Below, one piece after another: positions 43,201 through 51,259 of a stretch of DNA of 54,501 nt (its first letter is position 1; every line of letters starts with the position of its first letter). The stretch is from positions 1 to 54,501 of IMG/VR virus record IMGVR_UViG_3300017747_002190; one strand, written 5' to 3'. The notes under the pieces were generated by a model. That model made no database searches, was not told where the DNA came from, and saw only the letters and a program-made list of their open reading frames with translations. This DNA comes from a virus (Duplodnaviria; Caudoviricetes). The position numbers were made by a program, and so were the translations under genes.

Positions 43201-44596
43201 CATCCCCAACGAGGGGCTGTTCGGCGTCAATGACTTCCGGCGGGCGCAGGGCATGGGATATACCGACCCTGCCGGCAATCCTTGGAAGGCGGGCGTGTCC
43301 GAGACCATGCACCCCTTCATGGACGCCGAGACCGCGCTGCAGGTGGATCGAGCCAACAGGGGCGCCATCGGCGGCCGTACTGATTGGGCCGGCCCGCACA
43401 TCCAAGAGGTCCCGTGGGTCTATGGCAAGGGTCAGGATCTGTACAGCCGCGGGAAGAGTGGACGGTTCGGCGGCGATGAGCTTGAAGGCATCAAGAGATC
43501 GTTGGTGGAAGCCAACAACACGGCACGCGACTACATGTACAAGCATGCGGCTTCGGCGACGCACGAGGCTGTTCCTGGCGCGTCGCTTGGGCATGTGCCG
43601 CAGGTGCTGAGCATGACCCCGGAGGAGAAGCTCGCCTATGGCAACGTCGGACGGTGGGACCGGCCGGCACCGGAGATGGAACTGAGCGACCTGCCGGGAG
43701 TCGGCGCCGGGAACCGGGACGTGCTGTACGGGGCGCTGGGGTATCGTCAGCTTCCTTCCCGGCAGGCCGAGGGGCTGTACATCAACAAGCTGGGGCAGGT
43801 TGAAACCAACCCCATGACCATTGCAAGGCCGTTGATGGATTTCCCCACCGGCGGAGGCGGGCTGATGGCCCCGGAGTCTCGCAAGGTTGCCGACACGCTG
43901 GAGCAGTTCCGAGCGTTCATGGACGCGCAAGAGGCCGGGGCGTACAACCTGCCGAACACCATGAGCGCCGTCAAGAACAAGAACTCGCTCCTCTTGGACA
44001 GCAGGAACCTGAACCCTGACAAGCTGGGCGATCCGTCTGCCGGCGTCATCCCGACGTCCGACCAGTTGGCCAGACTCAACGCCGCCATGGAGGGAACCGG
44101 CTTTGGCGTGTCCGCCACCAACCGCGGCGTCGTCGTCTTCCCGTATGACCCGACCATGGACGCCAAAGAGGCGGCCAAGATTCTGAGGAAGAAGCAGGGT
44201 GAACTGACGGCCATTTACCCGTCTGATCCGCAGAAGTCTCTGACCACCATGGGCTATGTGCCCGGCATTGGCAAGCGCAGTGCGGAGGGCCCGCTGTCGA
44301 CCGTTCCGTTCAGTGGAGAGGCCACCGGCGACTTGCTCCAGGCGTTCTCTGAACTGAACCCGGCCGTCGCGCAGAACCTCAGCGAGTCTGAATTCGTGCG
44401 CCAGATCATTCGAGACAAGGCACTGCGAGACGCGAAGCTGGGCGGCACGCGCCGCGACATCCAAGAGTCCCGCAGGTTCTTCAGCGAGGCGGATTGGCCG
44501 AAGGCGGTTGAGTTGATCCGCAAGGGCATGAGCACTGCTGCGGCGCTTGCCGCGCTGGGCTACAGCGCCAGTTCAATGGCCGAGGAAGGCCGGTGA
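40262..44596 (+). CDS. Large polyvalent protein: hydrophobic N-terminus, ADP-ribosyltransferase-like domain and putative HhH-glycosylase-like domain
   Basis: YHGTPHTF...KIGSGEGAQAYGHGIYVAE...GIPGIKYLD...NFVVF (ART-PolyVal-like); WYDRA...SAGVSP...KIGEY...NDFRRAQ...QEVPW. Confidence 0.72.
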   Translation: MDLMDDELRRVLSGSVDAPTDSMARELARLRVRDRGPTATERAAASQPSFRMPSSGRRRPEQRGGGEALETLGSAIAGSVPAGLAGAAVLPFQGPEGAAKTINRVQDYLTIDPQTEGGVRALRGIAGALSPLGAPAQAAGDVTLRATGSPLLATGAELLADPLNLLGIGATAKPVARAAAAGARQAGKAAKATGQSLGPKAAEMAEAYMRRSGMTPEITTYHGTPHTFPAEPGLPLGRFRAEKIGSGEGAQAYGHGIYVAETPDVAKQYRKELATDVKIDGQPFMVGGKKISTTGNRTIDDFLTWHVGDVEEAIKAAERMGFNEYIPKLENLKGRIEKVQGGSFYTVDLPDPMVDRMLDWDKPVKEQSQQVQKIIQQLVSQEVGQEKAAELMLRDSFTGQNAMLHLPAKSSIEDSQVLRRAGIPGIKYLDEGSRGAGEGTRNFVVFPGEEDKLTILQRNDEKLPTKKADGGLIGETMSYTTAADTIADKLMRQGMDPDQAFMTALRMSDARMKAGGAVLMAGGGDAERELTLQARNRNLAALDRGLAPRARKTWDGPMIDRPIVNGKALVSAEELADFRRRFGEKMTLRDLLNADKGRGPSGAMPAARGAQGANVAPRGPLIRPDEAATLPPVGLSDIPGLVMRGMAEGAERVPAGRGAGAAFVGAGAPRAAMAAKTLRDHPSITPAQRQMLKEMEDYISGLNQADRPAVDPKIRALEERLEPPMAGGGAARKLTARAAARAEARLAEKAAKEAAERAAKQAAIDARTPTERAVVEKFGQKQEQEAARAKKVEQISQADAPQRDVKPAGRRVKVAPDVYRVMADTQGDAAVLQAARAGQHLKPTPQGYVGAPRTVTNPQALGGMRRAMDKDFADAVEAVRLADPERLGTWYDRAKQGIAESAEPYQLPRTLEQHGVYSAGVSPESELGFALKHLNSRAAGEPAMAYRGAPMRNLDEAVAQNRPANMGFKIGEYMNKNDPRIPNEGLFGVNDFRRAQGMGYTDPAGNPWKAGVSETMHPFMDAETALQVDRANRGAIGGRTDWAGPHIQEVPWVYGKGQDLYSRGKSGRFGGDELEGIKRSLVEANNTARDYMYKHAASATHEAVPGASLGHVPQVLSMTPEEKLAYGNVGRWDRPAPEMELSDLPGVGAGNRDVLYGALGYRQLPSRQAEGLYINKLGQVETNPMTIARPLMDFPTGGGGLMAPESRKVADTLEQFRAFMDAQEAGAYNLPNTMSAVKNKNSLLLDSRNLNPDKLGDPSAGVIPTSDQLARLNAAMEGTGFGVSATNRGVVVFPYDPTMDAKEAAKILRKKQGELTAIYPSDPQKSLTTMGYVPGIGKRSAEGPLSTVPFSGEATGDLLQAFSELNPAVAQNLSESEFVRQIIRDKALRDAKLGGTRRDIQESRRFFSEADWPKAVELIRKGMSTAAALAALGYSASSMAEEGR

Positions 44597-44806
44597 CTAC
44601 AACAGCCCGCGGGCTTTCGCGTAGTAGCGGGCCCCTGCGCCGGCTCGCCTCATCCAGGCGAGTTCTTCGTCGGTATGGCGCTGGCGCTTGGGCTTGGCTG
44701 CATGATGCTGCGCCAAGAGCTCTTCCATCAGGGATGCGCACTCGTCAAAGTAGCTCCCGGGCTCGACCTTCTTCAGGAAGGCAATGGCCTCTTCGTACTT
44801 GTCCAT
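44597..44806 (-). CDS. Small antisense gene within the late arm
   Basis: MDKYEEAIAFLKKVEPGSYFDECASLMEELL...; fills the gap between the polyvalent gene and the portal. Confidence 0.55.
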   Translation of the reverse strand: MDKYEEAIAFLKKVEPGSYFDECASLMEELLAQHHAAKPKRQRHTDEELAWMRRAGAGARYYAKARGLL

Positions 44807-44822
44807 GTCCAAGCACCCGTGG

Positions 44823-44839
44823 TGTAATCGGACCTTACA
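44823..44839. promoter_or_regulatory. Operator-like inverted repeat TGTAA-N7-TTACA upstream of the portal and the antisense gene
   Basis: tgtaa-tcggacc-ttaca; same architecture as the site in P1. Confidence 0.55.
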
Positions 44840-44860
44840 GAATATCAGAAGGAACGGCTC

Positions 44861-47410
44861 ATGGCAACTGAGTTCCCGATCGACCCAGAGTTCAACCGCT
44901 TCGTGGAGGGCATGCCCGACGACGCCGATGGCGAGACGCCTGGGGTGGAGGTGGACCTTGAACTGTCCGAGTCGGACATCCAGGAGCTTCCTGACGGCTC
45001 TGCGGTGGTGACGCTGGACACCAACGGGCCGATGGACAACGAGGACTTCTACCAGAACCTCGCCGACAGCGACGTGCTGGACTCCATCGACCTGAACTCG
45101 ATGGCCCTGAAGTACATCCAACTGGTGGAGAAGGACCGCGAAGCCCGCAAGCAGCGGGACAAGCAGTACGAGGACGGCATCCGCCGCACTGGGATGGGCA
45201 ACGACGCCCCTGGTGGCGCCTCGTTTGCGGGTGCCAGCAAGGTCGTACACCCGGTGATGGCCGAGGCGTGCATCGACTTTGCGTCCCGCGCCATCCGCGA
45301 ACTGTTCCCGGCTGACGGGCCGACGCGCACGAAGATCCTCGGTGACGTCAATCAGGAGAAAACTGACATCGCGGAGCGCAAGCGCGACTTCATGAATTGG
45401 CAGTTGACCGAGCAAATCGAGGAATTCCGCGACGAGCAGGAGCAATTGTTCACTCAATTGCCTCTTGGTGGATCGCAATACCTCAAACTCTGGTACGACG
45501 AGGACAAAAAGCGTCCTTGTGCCGAGTTTTTGCCGATCGACAACGTGCTTTTGCCCTTTGCGGCGTCGAATTTCTACACTGCGCCGCGCGCAACGGAGGT
45601 TCATGACCTCTCAAGGTATGAATTTGAGCGCCGTGTGGCCTCAAAACTGTACCGAGATGGCAGTTTTATCCGTGCCACGATGGACCCGGAGCAGACTGCG
45701 GCCCAAAAGGCCAACGACAAGATCGAAGGACGGTCGGAAAACGACAACGAAGACGGTGTTCGTCGCGTCTACCACATCTACACATGGCTGGAACTCGAAA
45801 ACGACAGGTTTTCGAAGGGAGAGATGGCTCCCTACGTCCTGATGATCGACGACTTGGAGTCTGAGGTCATCGGGCTGTACCGAAACTGGGAGGAAGGCGA
45901 CGAAACGATGACCAAACTCGACTGGGTGGTCGAGTTCAAGTTCATCCCGTGGCGCGGCGCGTACGCCGTGGGCCTGCCGCACCTCATTGGAGGCCTCTCA
46001 GCGGCCCTTACAGGCGCTCTGAGGGCCTTGCTGGACTCTGCGCACATCAACAACGCTGCGACGCTCCTGAAGCTCAAGGGGGCGAAGGTTTCGGGTCAGT
46101 CCCAGCAGGTCGAAGTGACCCAGGTGGCCGAAATTGAGGCCGCGCCTGGGGTTGACGACGTCCGCAAGCTGGCGATGCCGATGCCGTTCAACCCGCCGAG
46201 CCCGGTGCTGTTCCAGTTGCTGGGCTGGCTCACCGGTGCGGCCAAGGGGGTGGTGACGACGGCCGAGGAGAAGATCGCCGACGTCAATGCGAACACGCCG
46301 GTGGGCACCACCCAGGCTCTGATCGAGCAGGGCGCGGCGGTGTTCTCGGCGATCCATGCTCGGCTGCACGAATCGCAGTCTCGCGTGCTCAAGGTGCTGA
46401 GCCGGATCAACCGGTGGTACTTGGACGACATGCGCCGCGGCGAGGTGGTCGAAGACCTGGAGGTTCGCCGGGAGGACTTTGCCCGGGTGACGGACGTGAT
46501 CCCGGTGTCGGACCCGCACATCTTCAGCGAGACGCAGCGGATGGCCCAGACCCAGTCGGTCATGGCCATGATGGAGAAGCATCCGGACCTGTTCAACCGC
46601 CGGGCGGTGGTCATGCGCTTCCTGAAGCAGATCAAGGTGCCGGGCGTCAACGAACTGATGACGGACACGCCTGCGCCTGAGAAGCTGGACGCGGCCAACG
46701 AGAACGTGGCGATGACGATCGGTCAGTCGGCGTTCGCGTACCTGGAGCAGGACCACTTCTCGCACATCGTGACGCATCTGAAGTACGCCTCGGACCCGGT
46801 GTTCGGTGGCAACCCGATGATCGCGCCCAACGTGCTGCCGAAGATGATGGAGCACATCAAGCAGCACTTCGCGCTGTGGTATCTGGGCCGCATGAACGGG
46901 TATGTGACGCGGTCGCTGGGTCGCAAGGCTGATGACTATGCCGAGGCAGAGGATCCGGCCGAGATCGACAAGCTGTACGGTGCGGCGGCCGGTCATGTGG
47001 CGCTGGACGCTGAGGAGACGCTTGCCAAGACGATGCCGGTGATCCAGCAGATGGTCAAGACGCTGGAGCAGTTCAAGCCGAAGCCTGAGTTGACGCCGGA
47101 CGGTCAGGTGCTGCTGCAGACGAGCATGGCTGAGACGCAGCGCAGGCAGGCGCGTGATCAGGCCGAGATGCAACTGAAAGCGGCTGACAATCAGGCCAAG
47201 CTGCAACTGGCGGCCCAGAAGCAGATGGACGACAAGGACCTCGCCATTGAGGAACTGCAGTTGAAGCTGGCCATCGCTCAGGGTGACCAGGAAACGAAGG
47301 AGCGCATCGAGACGGCCCGTTTGATGCGGGATGCGGCCCGGTTGAGGCATGACCAGGACAAGACCGTCATTGACTACTCGATGAAAGGAGCACCAAGTGG
47401 CTACCAGTGA
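44861..47410 (+). CDS. Portal protein
   Basis: 849 aa after TerL; FAGASKVVHPVMAEACIDF, LPLGGS, FIPWRGAYAVGLPHL and PVGTTQALIEQG; Gln/Ala coiled-coil C-terminus. Confidence 0.88.
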   Translation: MATEFPIDPEFNRFVEGMPDDADGETPGVEVDLELSESDIQELPDGSAVVTLDTNGPMDNEDFYQNLADSDVLDSIDLNSMALKYIQLVEKDREARKQRDKQYEDGIRRTGMGNDAPGGASFAGASKVVHPVMAEACIDFASRAIRELFPADGPTRTKILGDVNQEKTDIAERKRDFMNWQLTEQIEEFRDEQEQLFTQLPLGGSQYLKLWYDEDKKRPCAEFLPIDNVLLPFAASNFYTAPRATEVHDLSRYEFERRVASKLYRDGSFIRATMDPEQTAAQKANDKIEGRSENDNEDGVRRVYHIYTWLELENDRFSKGEMAPYVLMIDDLESEVIGLYRNWEEGDETMTKLDWVVEFKFIPWRGAYAVGLPHLIGGLSAALTGALRALLDSAHINNAATLLKLKGAKVSGQSQQVEVTQVAEIEAAPGVDDVRKLAMPMPFNPPSPVLFQLLGWLTGAAKGVVTTAEEKIADVNANTPVGTTQALIEQGAAVFSAIHARLHESQSRVLKVLSRINRWYLDDMRRGEVVEDLEVRREDFARVTDVIPVSDPHIFSETQRMAQTQSVMAMMEKHPDLFNRRAVVMRFLKQIKVPGVNELMTDTPAPEKLDAANENVAMTIGQSAFAYLEQDHFSHIVTHLKYASDPVFGGNPMIAPNVLPKMMEHIKQHFALWYLGRMNGYVTRSLGRKADDYAEAEDPAEIDKLYGAAAGHVALDAEETLAKTMPVIQQMVKTLEQFKPKPELTPDGQVLLQTSMAETQRRQARDQAEMQLKAADNQAKLQLAAQKQMDDKDLAIEELQLKLAIAQGDQETKERIETARLMRDAARLRHDQDKTVIDYSMKGAPSGYQ

Positions 47411-47558
47411 TCAAGAGCAGAAGAGCGTTCTTGTGCCCCAGCACAAGCGCATGGCGATGGGCGCCAAGGTCGACGGCCAGTCGATGCAAGCGAAGGGTGA
47501 GTCCGGCAATGGCAAGCCGGCGCAAGGAGGGCTGTCGCAGGCGAGCAAGAAGAAGTGA
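47397..47558 (+). CDS. 53-aa basic protein; below the ORF-track cutoff
   Basis: AAAGGAG SD; MATSDQEQKSVLVPQHKRMAMGAKVDG...KPAQGGLSQASKKK; GTGA overlap with the next gene. Confidence 0.65.
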   Translation: MATSDQEQKSVLVPQHKRMAMGAKVDGQSMQAKGESGNGKPAQGGLSQASKKK

Positions 47559-47752
47559 GGACGATCGGAGACCTGATCGGCGCGATTACGTCTAGGCAGG
47601 CTGAGATAGCCTCGTCCCTCGCTGTGGGAAATGCAGCGAACTGGGAGTCGTACCAGCGCATGATCGGACAGTACGCCGGGCTCGGAGAAGCCCTGGCGAT
47701 CCTGAACAAACTGATGGAAGACGACGATGAGCGAGATGGGCGTGGCGCTTGA
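47555..47752 (+). CDS. Small conserved head-module protein
   Basis: SLAVGNAANWESYQRMIGQYAGL. Confidence 0.7.
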   Translation: MRTIGDLIGAITSRQAEIASSLAVGNAANWESYQRMIGQYAGLGEALAILNKLMEDDDERDGRGA

Positions 47753-48161
47753 CAGCGCCGAGATGGCTTGGGCATTCCCGAGCGTGGACCCTGGCGCGAA
47801 ACCCCTTGGTGGCCGCATCCTGGTGCAACTGCGGCGAGCCAAGAAGAAGGCGACGAAGTCGGGAATCATCTTGGTCGCGGAGACCAAGGAGACCGAGAAG
47901 TGGCAGAACATGGTGGCCAAGGTCATTGAGATCGGGCCGCTGGCGTTCCGCAAGCGGGATTCGATGGAGCCCTGGCCGGAGGGAAGCTGGTGTGAAGCCG
48001 GCGACTACATCCGTGTGCCCAAGTGGGGCGGCGACCGTTGGGAGGTGAAGGTTCCGGGCGAGGATGACCTCGAAGACCCGGCGCTGTTCATGATCCTGAA
48101 CGACCACGAGGTGATCGCCAAGGTCACCGGCAACCCTCTTGAAATGAAGGCGTTCCTCTGA
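47727..48161 (+). CDS. groES: GroES-like co-chaperonin (Cpn10)
   Basis: KPLGGRILVQ...TKSGIILV...AKVIEIGP...GDYIRVPKWGG...ILNDHEVIA. Confidence 0.85.
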   Translation: MSEMGVALDSAEMAWAFPSVDPGAKPLGGRILVQLRRAKKKATKSGIILVAETKETEKWQNMVAKVIEIGPLAFRKRDSMEPWPEGSWCEAGDYIRVPKWGGDRWEVKVPGEDDLEDPALFMILNDHEVIAKVTGNPLEMKAFL

Positions 48162-49099
48162 TGAGCACCGAGAAGCAAGACGAACAGATCGACGTGGTCG
48201 AGGAGAAGGACGGCAGCGCTGTCGTCGAACTCCCCGGTGACGTCGCACCGGCAGACTCCCAGGAAACGGCCCAGGAGGCCGCAGGAGACGATGGCGGTGA
48301 CGTGGACAGGCCAGGGGACTCCGACGCCGTTCGGGAGGCTCGTAGGGCCCGCAGGCGTGCGAAGAAGGACCTCGTGCGCCGCACCAGTGAAGAGAAGGAC
48401 CAGCGCCTGCAGATGCTGCAGCGCCAGAACCAGGAGCTCATGGAGCGCCTGTCTGTGGTTGAGCGCAAGACGCACTCTTCGGACCTTGCTCGCCTGGACA
48501 AGGCGATCGAGGAGGAGGAGCTTCGCTACCGCTACGCTGCGCAGAAGATGAAGGACGCCACGTCGGCATCTGACGGGGAGGCGTTCGGCCGTGCGCAGGA
48601 GATGTGGTACGAGGCCCGCCGCAAGATCGAGGCGATGAAGAGCCTCAAGGACCGTGCTGCCCAGGCTACCAAGCAGCAGGGTGCGGTCAATCCGCAGGTG
48701 ACTCGGTTGGCGAATTCCTGGATGGAGCGCAACGACTGGTATGACCCGTCTGGCAGTGACGAGGACACGGCGATCGCCAAGGTGATTGACCGCAAACTCA
48801 CTGAAGACGGTTGGGATCCTGCGTCTCAGGACTACTGGGAGGAGCTCGACCGGCGTTTGCAAAAGCGTCTGCCGCATCGCTATACTGACTCTGTTGATGA
48901 CCATTCTCGAAGGAGTAGGCCCCGCAGCGTGGTAACTGGATCGGGACGCGAGGTCGGTGGCGGCGCAAGCCGTTCGACTTTCGTGCTGTCACCTGAACAG
49001 GTGAGGGCGATGAAAGACGCCGGACTGTGGGATGACCCCCACAAACGGGCCAACATGATCAAGCGGTACGCGCAAGAAGCACGAAGCAGGAGCAACTGA
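48161..49099 (+). CDS. Capsid scaffolding protein
   Basis: Acidic N-terminus, long coiled coil, WMERNDWY and LSPEQVRAMKDAG C-terminus; upstream of the capsid gene. Confidence 0.7.
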   Translation: MSTEKQDEQIDVVEEKDGSAVVELPGDVAPADSQETAQEAAGDDGGDVDRPGDSDAVREARRARRRAKKDLVRRTSEEKDQRLQMLQRQNQELMERLSVVERKTHSSDLARLDKAIEEEELRYRYAAQKMKDATSASDGEAFGRAQEMWYEARRKIEAMKSLKDRAAQATKQQGAVNPQVTRLANSWMERNDWYDPSGSDEDTAIAKVIDRKLTEDGWDPASQDYWEELDRRLQKRLPHRYTDSVDDHSRRSRPRSVVTGSGREVGGGASRSTFVLSPEQVRAMKDAGLWDDPHKRANMIKRYAQEARSRSN

Positions 49100-49101
49100 A
49101 G

Positions 49102-49644
49102 ATGGACGGTCGTCTCAAGAAATCTCTGTCCGCTGGCGGACGCGAAACTCGCGCAAGCGAGGACGTTGTACGGCAGGGCCCGGAGGAACAGTTTCACTCG
49201 GCACAGGAACGTCGCAGGATGTGGAGTGACGAGTGGACACAATCAGCGCTGCCGAAGGTCCCGGAAATGCCGGGATGGCACCTTTGCTGGCTATCGACAA
49301 CCAACAGCTACGACAGCATCGACAAGCGGATCCGACTCGGCTACGTTCCCGTTCGCGCGGATGAGTTGCCTGGGTTCGAGAACTACAAGGTCAAGGCTGG
49401 CGAAGACGTCGGTTTCATCGCATGCAACGAGATGCGCCTGTACAAGCTCCCCATGGAGATTTACCAGGACGTCATGTTGCAGATGCACCATGAGAGGCCC
49501 ATGGAAGAGGCGGACAAGATCCGCGTCCAAGTGGAGAACCTGCAGGGTGCGCGTGACAGCCGGGGCAAGAGCCTCGGTCAGGTCGAAGGTGAAGGCTTCG
49601 GCGATATGGACCGAAACGTCAAGACCCCGATGTTCATCGGGTGA
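49102..49644 (+). CDS. Conserved head-module protein
   Basis: PGWHLCWLS...RIRLGYVPVRADE...GFIACNEMRLYKLP. Confidence 0.7.
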   Translation: MDGRLKKSLSAGGRETRASEDVVRQGPEEQFHSAQERRRMWSDEWTQSALPKVPEMPGWHLCWLSTTNSYDSIDKRIRLGYVPVRADELPGFENYKVKAGEDVGFIACNEMRLYKLPMEIYQDVMLQMHHERPMEEADKIRVQVENLQGARDSRGKSLGQVEGEGFGDMDRNVKTPMFIG

Positions 49645-49660
49645 GACATAGGAGAAACTC

Positions 49661-50284
49661 ATGTCTGCTACGAGTGCTCCGTTCGGCCTGCGTCCCGCGT
49701 TCCATCCCAGTGGTCTGGACCGCGCACAGGCGCTCGCCAACGGAATTCAAGCGGTCAGCACGAGCGGCAACGTCTCGGCTGGCTACGCCACCACCATCCT
49801 CAAGGGCCAAGCGGTGAAGATGAACACCGCCGGCTACATCGAGATCGCTGCGGCCACGGGCCCGCTGCTGGGCGCCTTCGCTGGCGTCGAGTGGACGGAC
49901 TCCACTGGTCGTCGTCGGGTGTCGAACTACTGGCCTGCGAACGAGTCGTTCCTGGTCGGCTCGGTCGTCGCCTACTTCTACAGCGACCCGCAGATCGTCT
50001 ACGAGATCCAGTCGGATGCAACGCTTGCTCAGACTGCCATCGGCGATGAAGCGAACCTGAGCAATCACACTGCCGGTTCGACCACGACGGGCCTGTCCCA
50101 GGCGACGCTCAGCGCGTCGCTTGTCGGCGCGGACGGTGAAGCGCAACTGCGCATCATCGACATCGCACCGTATCCGGACAATGCATGGGGCGATCCTTTC
50201 GTCATCGTGCGCGTCCAGATTGCGGAGCATCAGTACAACCAAGTGCGCGTTTCGGGTGCGAACTACACCCCGATCGCCATCTAA
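49661..50284 (+). CDS. Capsid decoration/cement-like protein
   Basis: APFGLRP start, LLGAFAGVEW, DPQIVYEIQ, GSTTTGLS and LRIIDI; directly before the major capsid protein. Confidence 0.65.
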   Translation: MSATSAPFGLRPAFHPSGLDRAQALANGIQAVSTSGNVSAGYATTILKGQAVKMNTAGYIEIAAATGPLLGAFAGVEWTDSTGRRRVSNYWPANESFLVGSVVAYFYSDPQIVYEIQSDATLAQTAIGDEANLSNHTAGSTTTGLSQATLSASLVGADGEAQLRIIDIAPYPDNAWGDPFVIVRVQIAEHQYNQVRVSGANYTPIAI

Positions 50285-50297
50285 GGAGGGCTGAGCC

Positions 50298-51212
50298 ATG
50301 GCAGCTCCGATGAGAAGTACCGACTTTCGTTCAATCGTCGAACCGATCCTGAACGAATGCTTCGATGGCGTCTACGACCAGCGCACCGACGAGTGGTCGC
50401 GGGTCTTCCGCGAACAGCAGGGCATCCCCCGCAACTACCACGAAGAGCCCGTGCTCTACGGGTTCGGCGCGGCGCCGCAACTGCCGGACGGCACGCCTGT
50501 GTCGTACCAGCAGGGTGGTGTGCTGTTCCTGAAGCGCTACGTCTACAACGTGTACGGTCTGGCGTTCGCGCTGACCAAGGTGCTCGTTGAGGACGGCGAC
50601 CACATCCGCATCGGGCAGGTGTATGCGCGTCACCTCGCGCAGAGCCTGATTGAGACGAAGGAGACGCTGTCGGCCAACGTGCTGAACCGCGCCTTCAACT
50701 CGTCCTACCCGGGCGGCGACGGCGTGCAACTGAACAGCAACGCCCACCCCATCGTCAACGGGACGTTCAGCAACCTGCTCTCTACGGCCGCGAACCTCTC
50801 GCAGACGTCGCTGGAGCAGATGCTGATCCAGATCCGTCAGGCGGTGGACAACAACGGCAAGAAGATCCGTCTGGTGCCTCGCCAATTGGTGGTGGCCCCG
50901 GGCAACGTCTTCCAGGCCGAGGTGCTGCTGAAGTCGGTTCTGCGTGCCGGCAACGCCAACAACGACATCAACCCGATCAAGTCGATCGGTCTGCTGGACG
51001 AGGGCGCGGCGGTTCTGTCGCGTCTGACCTCGGCGACCGCATGGTGGGTCCAGACCGACGCGCCGGAGGGCATGAAGCTCCTGATGCGCCGGAAGCTGGA
51101 GAAGACCATGGAAGGCGACTTTGAGACGGACTCGATGCGCTACAAGGCGACCGAGCGCTACGACGTCGGCTTCACCGATCCGCGGGCCATGTACGGCACG
51201 CCGGGCGTCTGA
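50298..51212 (+). CDS. Major capsid protein
   Basis: 304 aa; AAGGAGG SD; GLAFALTKVLVED, ANVLNRAF, GGDGV, LSQTSLEQML, DFETDSMRYKATERY and DPRAMYG; followed by a hairpin. Confidence 0.9.
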   Translation: MAAPMRSTDFRSIVEPILNECFDGVYDQRTDEWSRVFREQQGIPRNYHEEPVLYGFGAAPQLPDGTPVSYQQGGVLFLKRYVYNVYGLAFALTKVLVEDGDHIRIGQVYARHLAQSLIETKETLSANVLNRAFNSSYPGGDGVQLNSNAHPIVNGTFSNLLSTAANLSQTSLEQMLIQIRQAVDNNGKKIRLVPRQLVVAPGNVFQAEVLLKSVLRAGNANNDINPIKSIGLLDEGAAVLSRLTSATAWWVQTDAPEGMKLLMRRKLEKTMEGDFETDSMRYKATERYDVGFTDPRAMYGTPGV

Positions 51213-51220
51213 CGACCATC

Positions 51221-51246
51221 AGGGGGGCTTCGGCCCCCTACTCTTG
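51221..51246 (+). terminator. Hairpin/weak terminator after the capsid gene
   Basis: GGGGGC-TTCG-GCCCCC followed by tactctt. Confidence 0.6.
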
Positions 51247-51259
51247 AAAGGAGAGCGGA

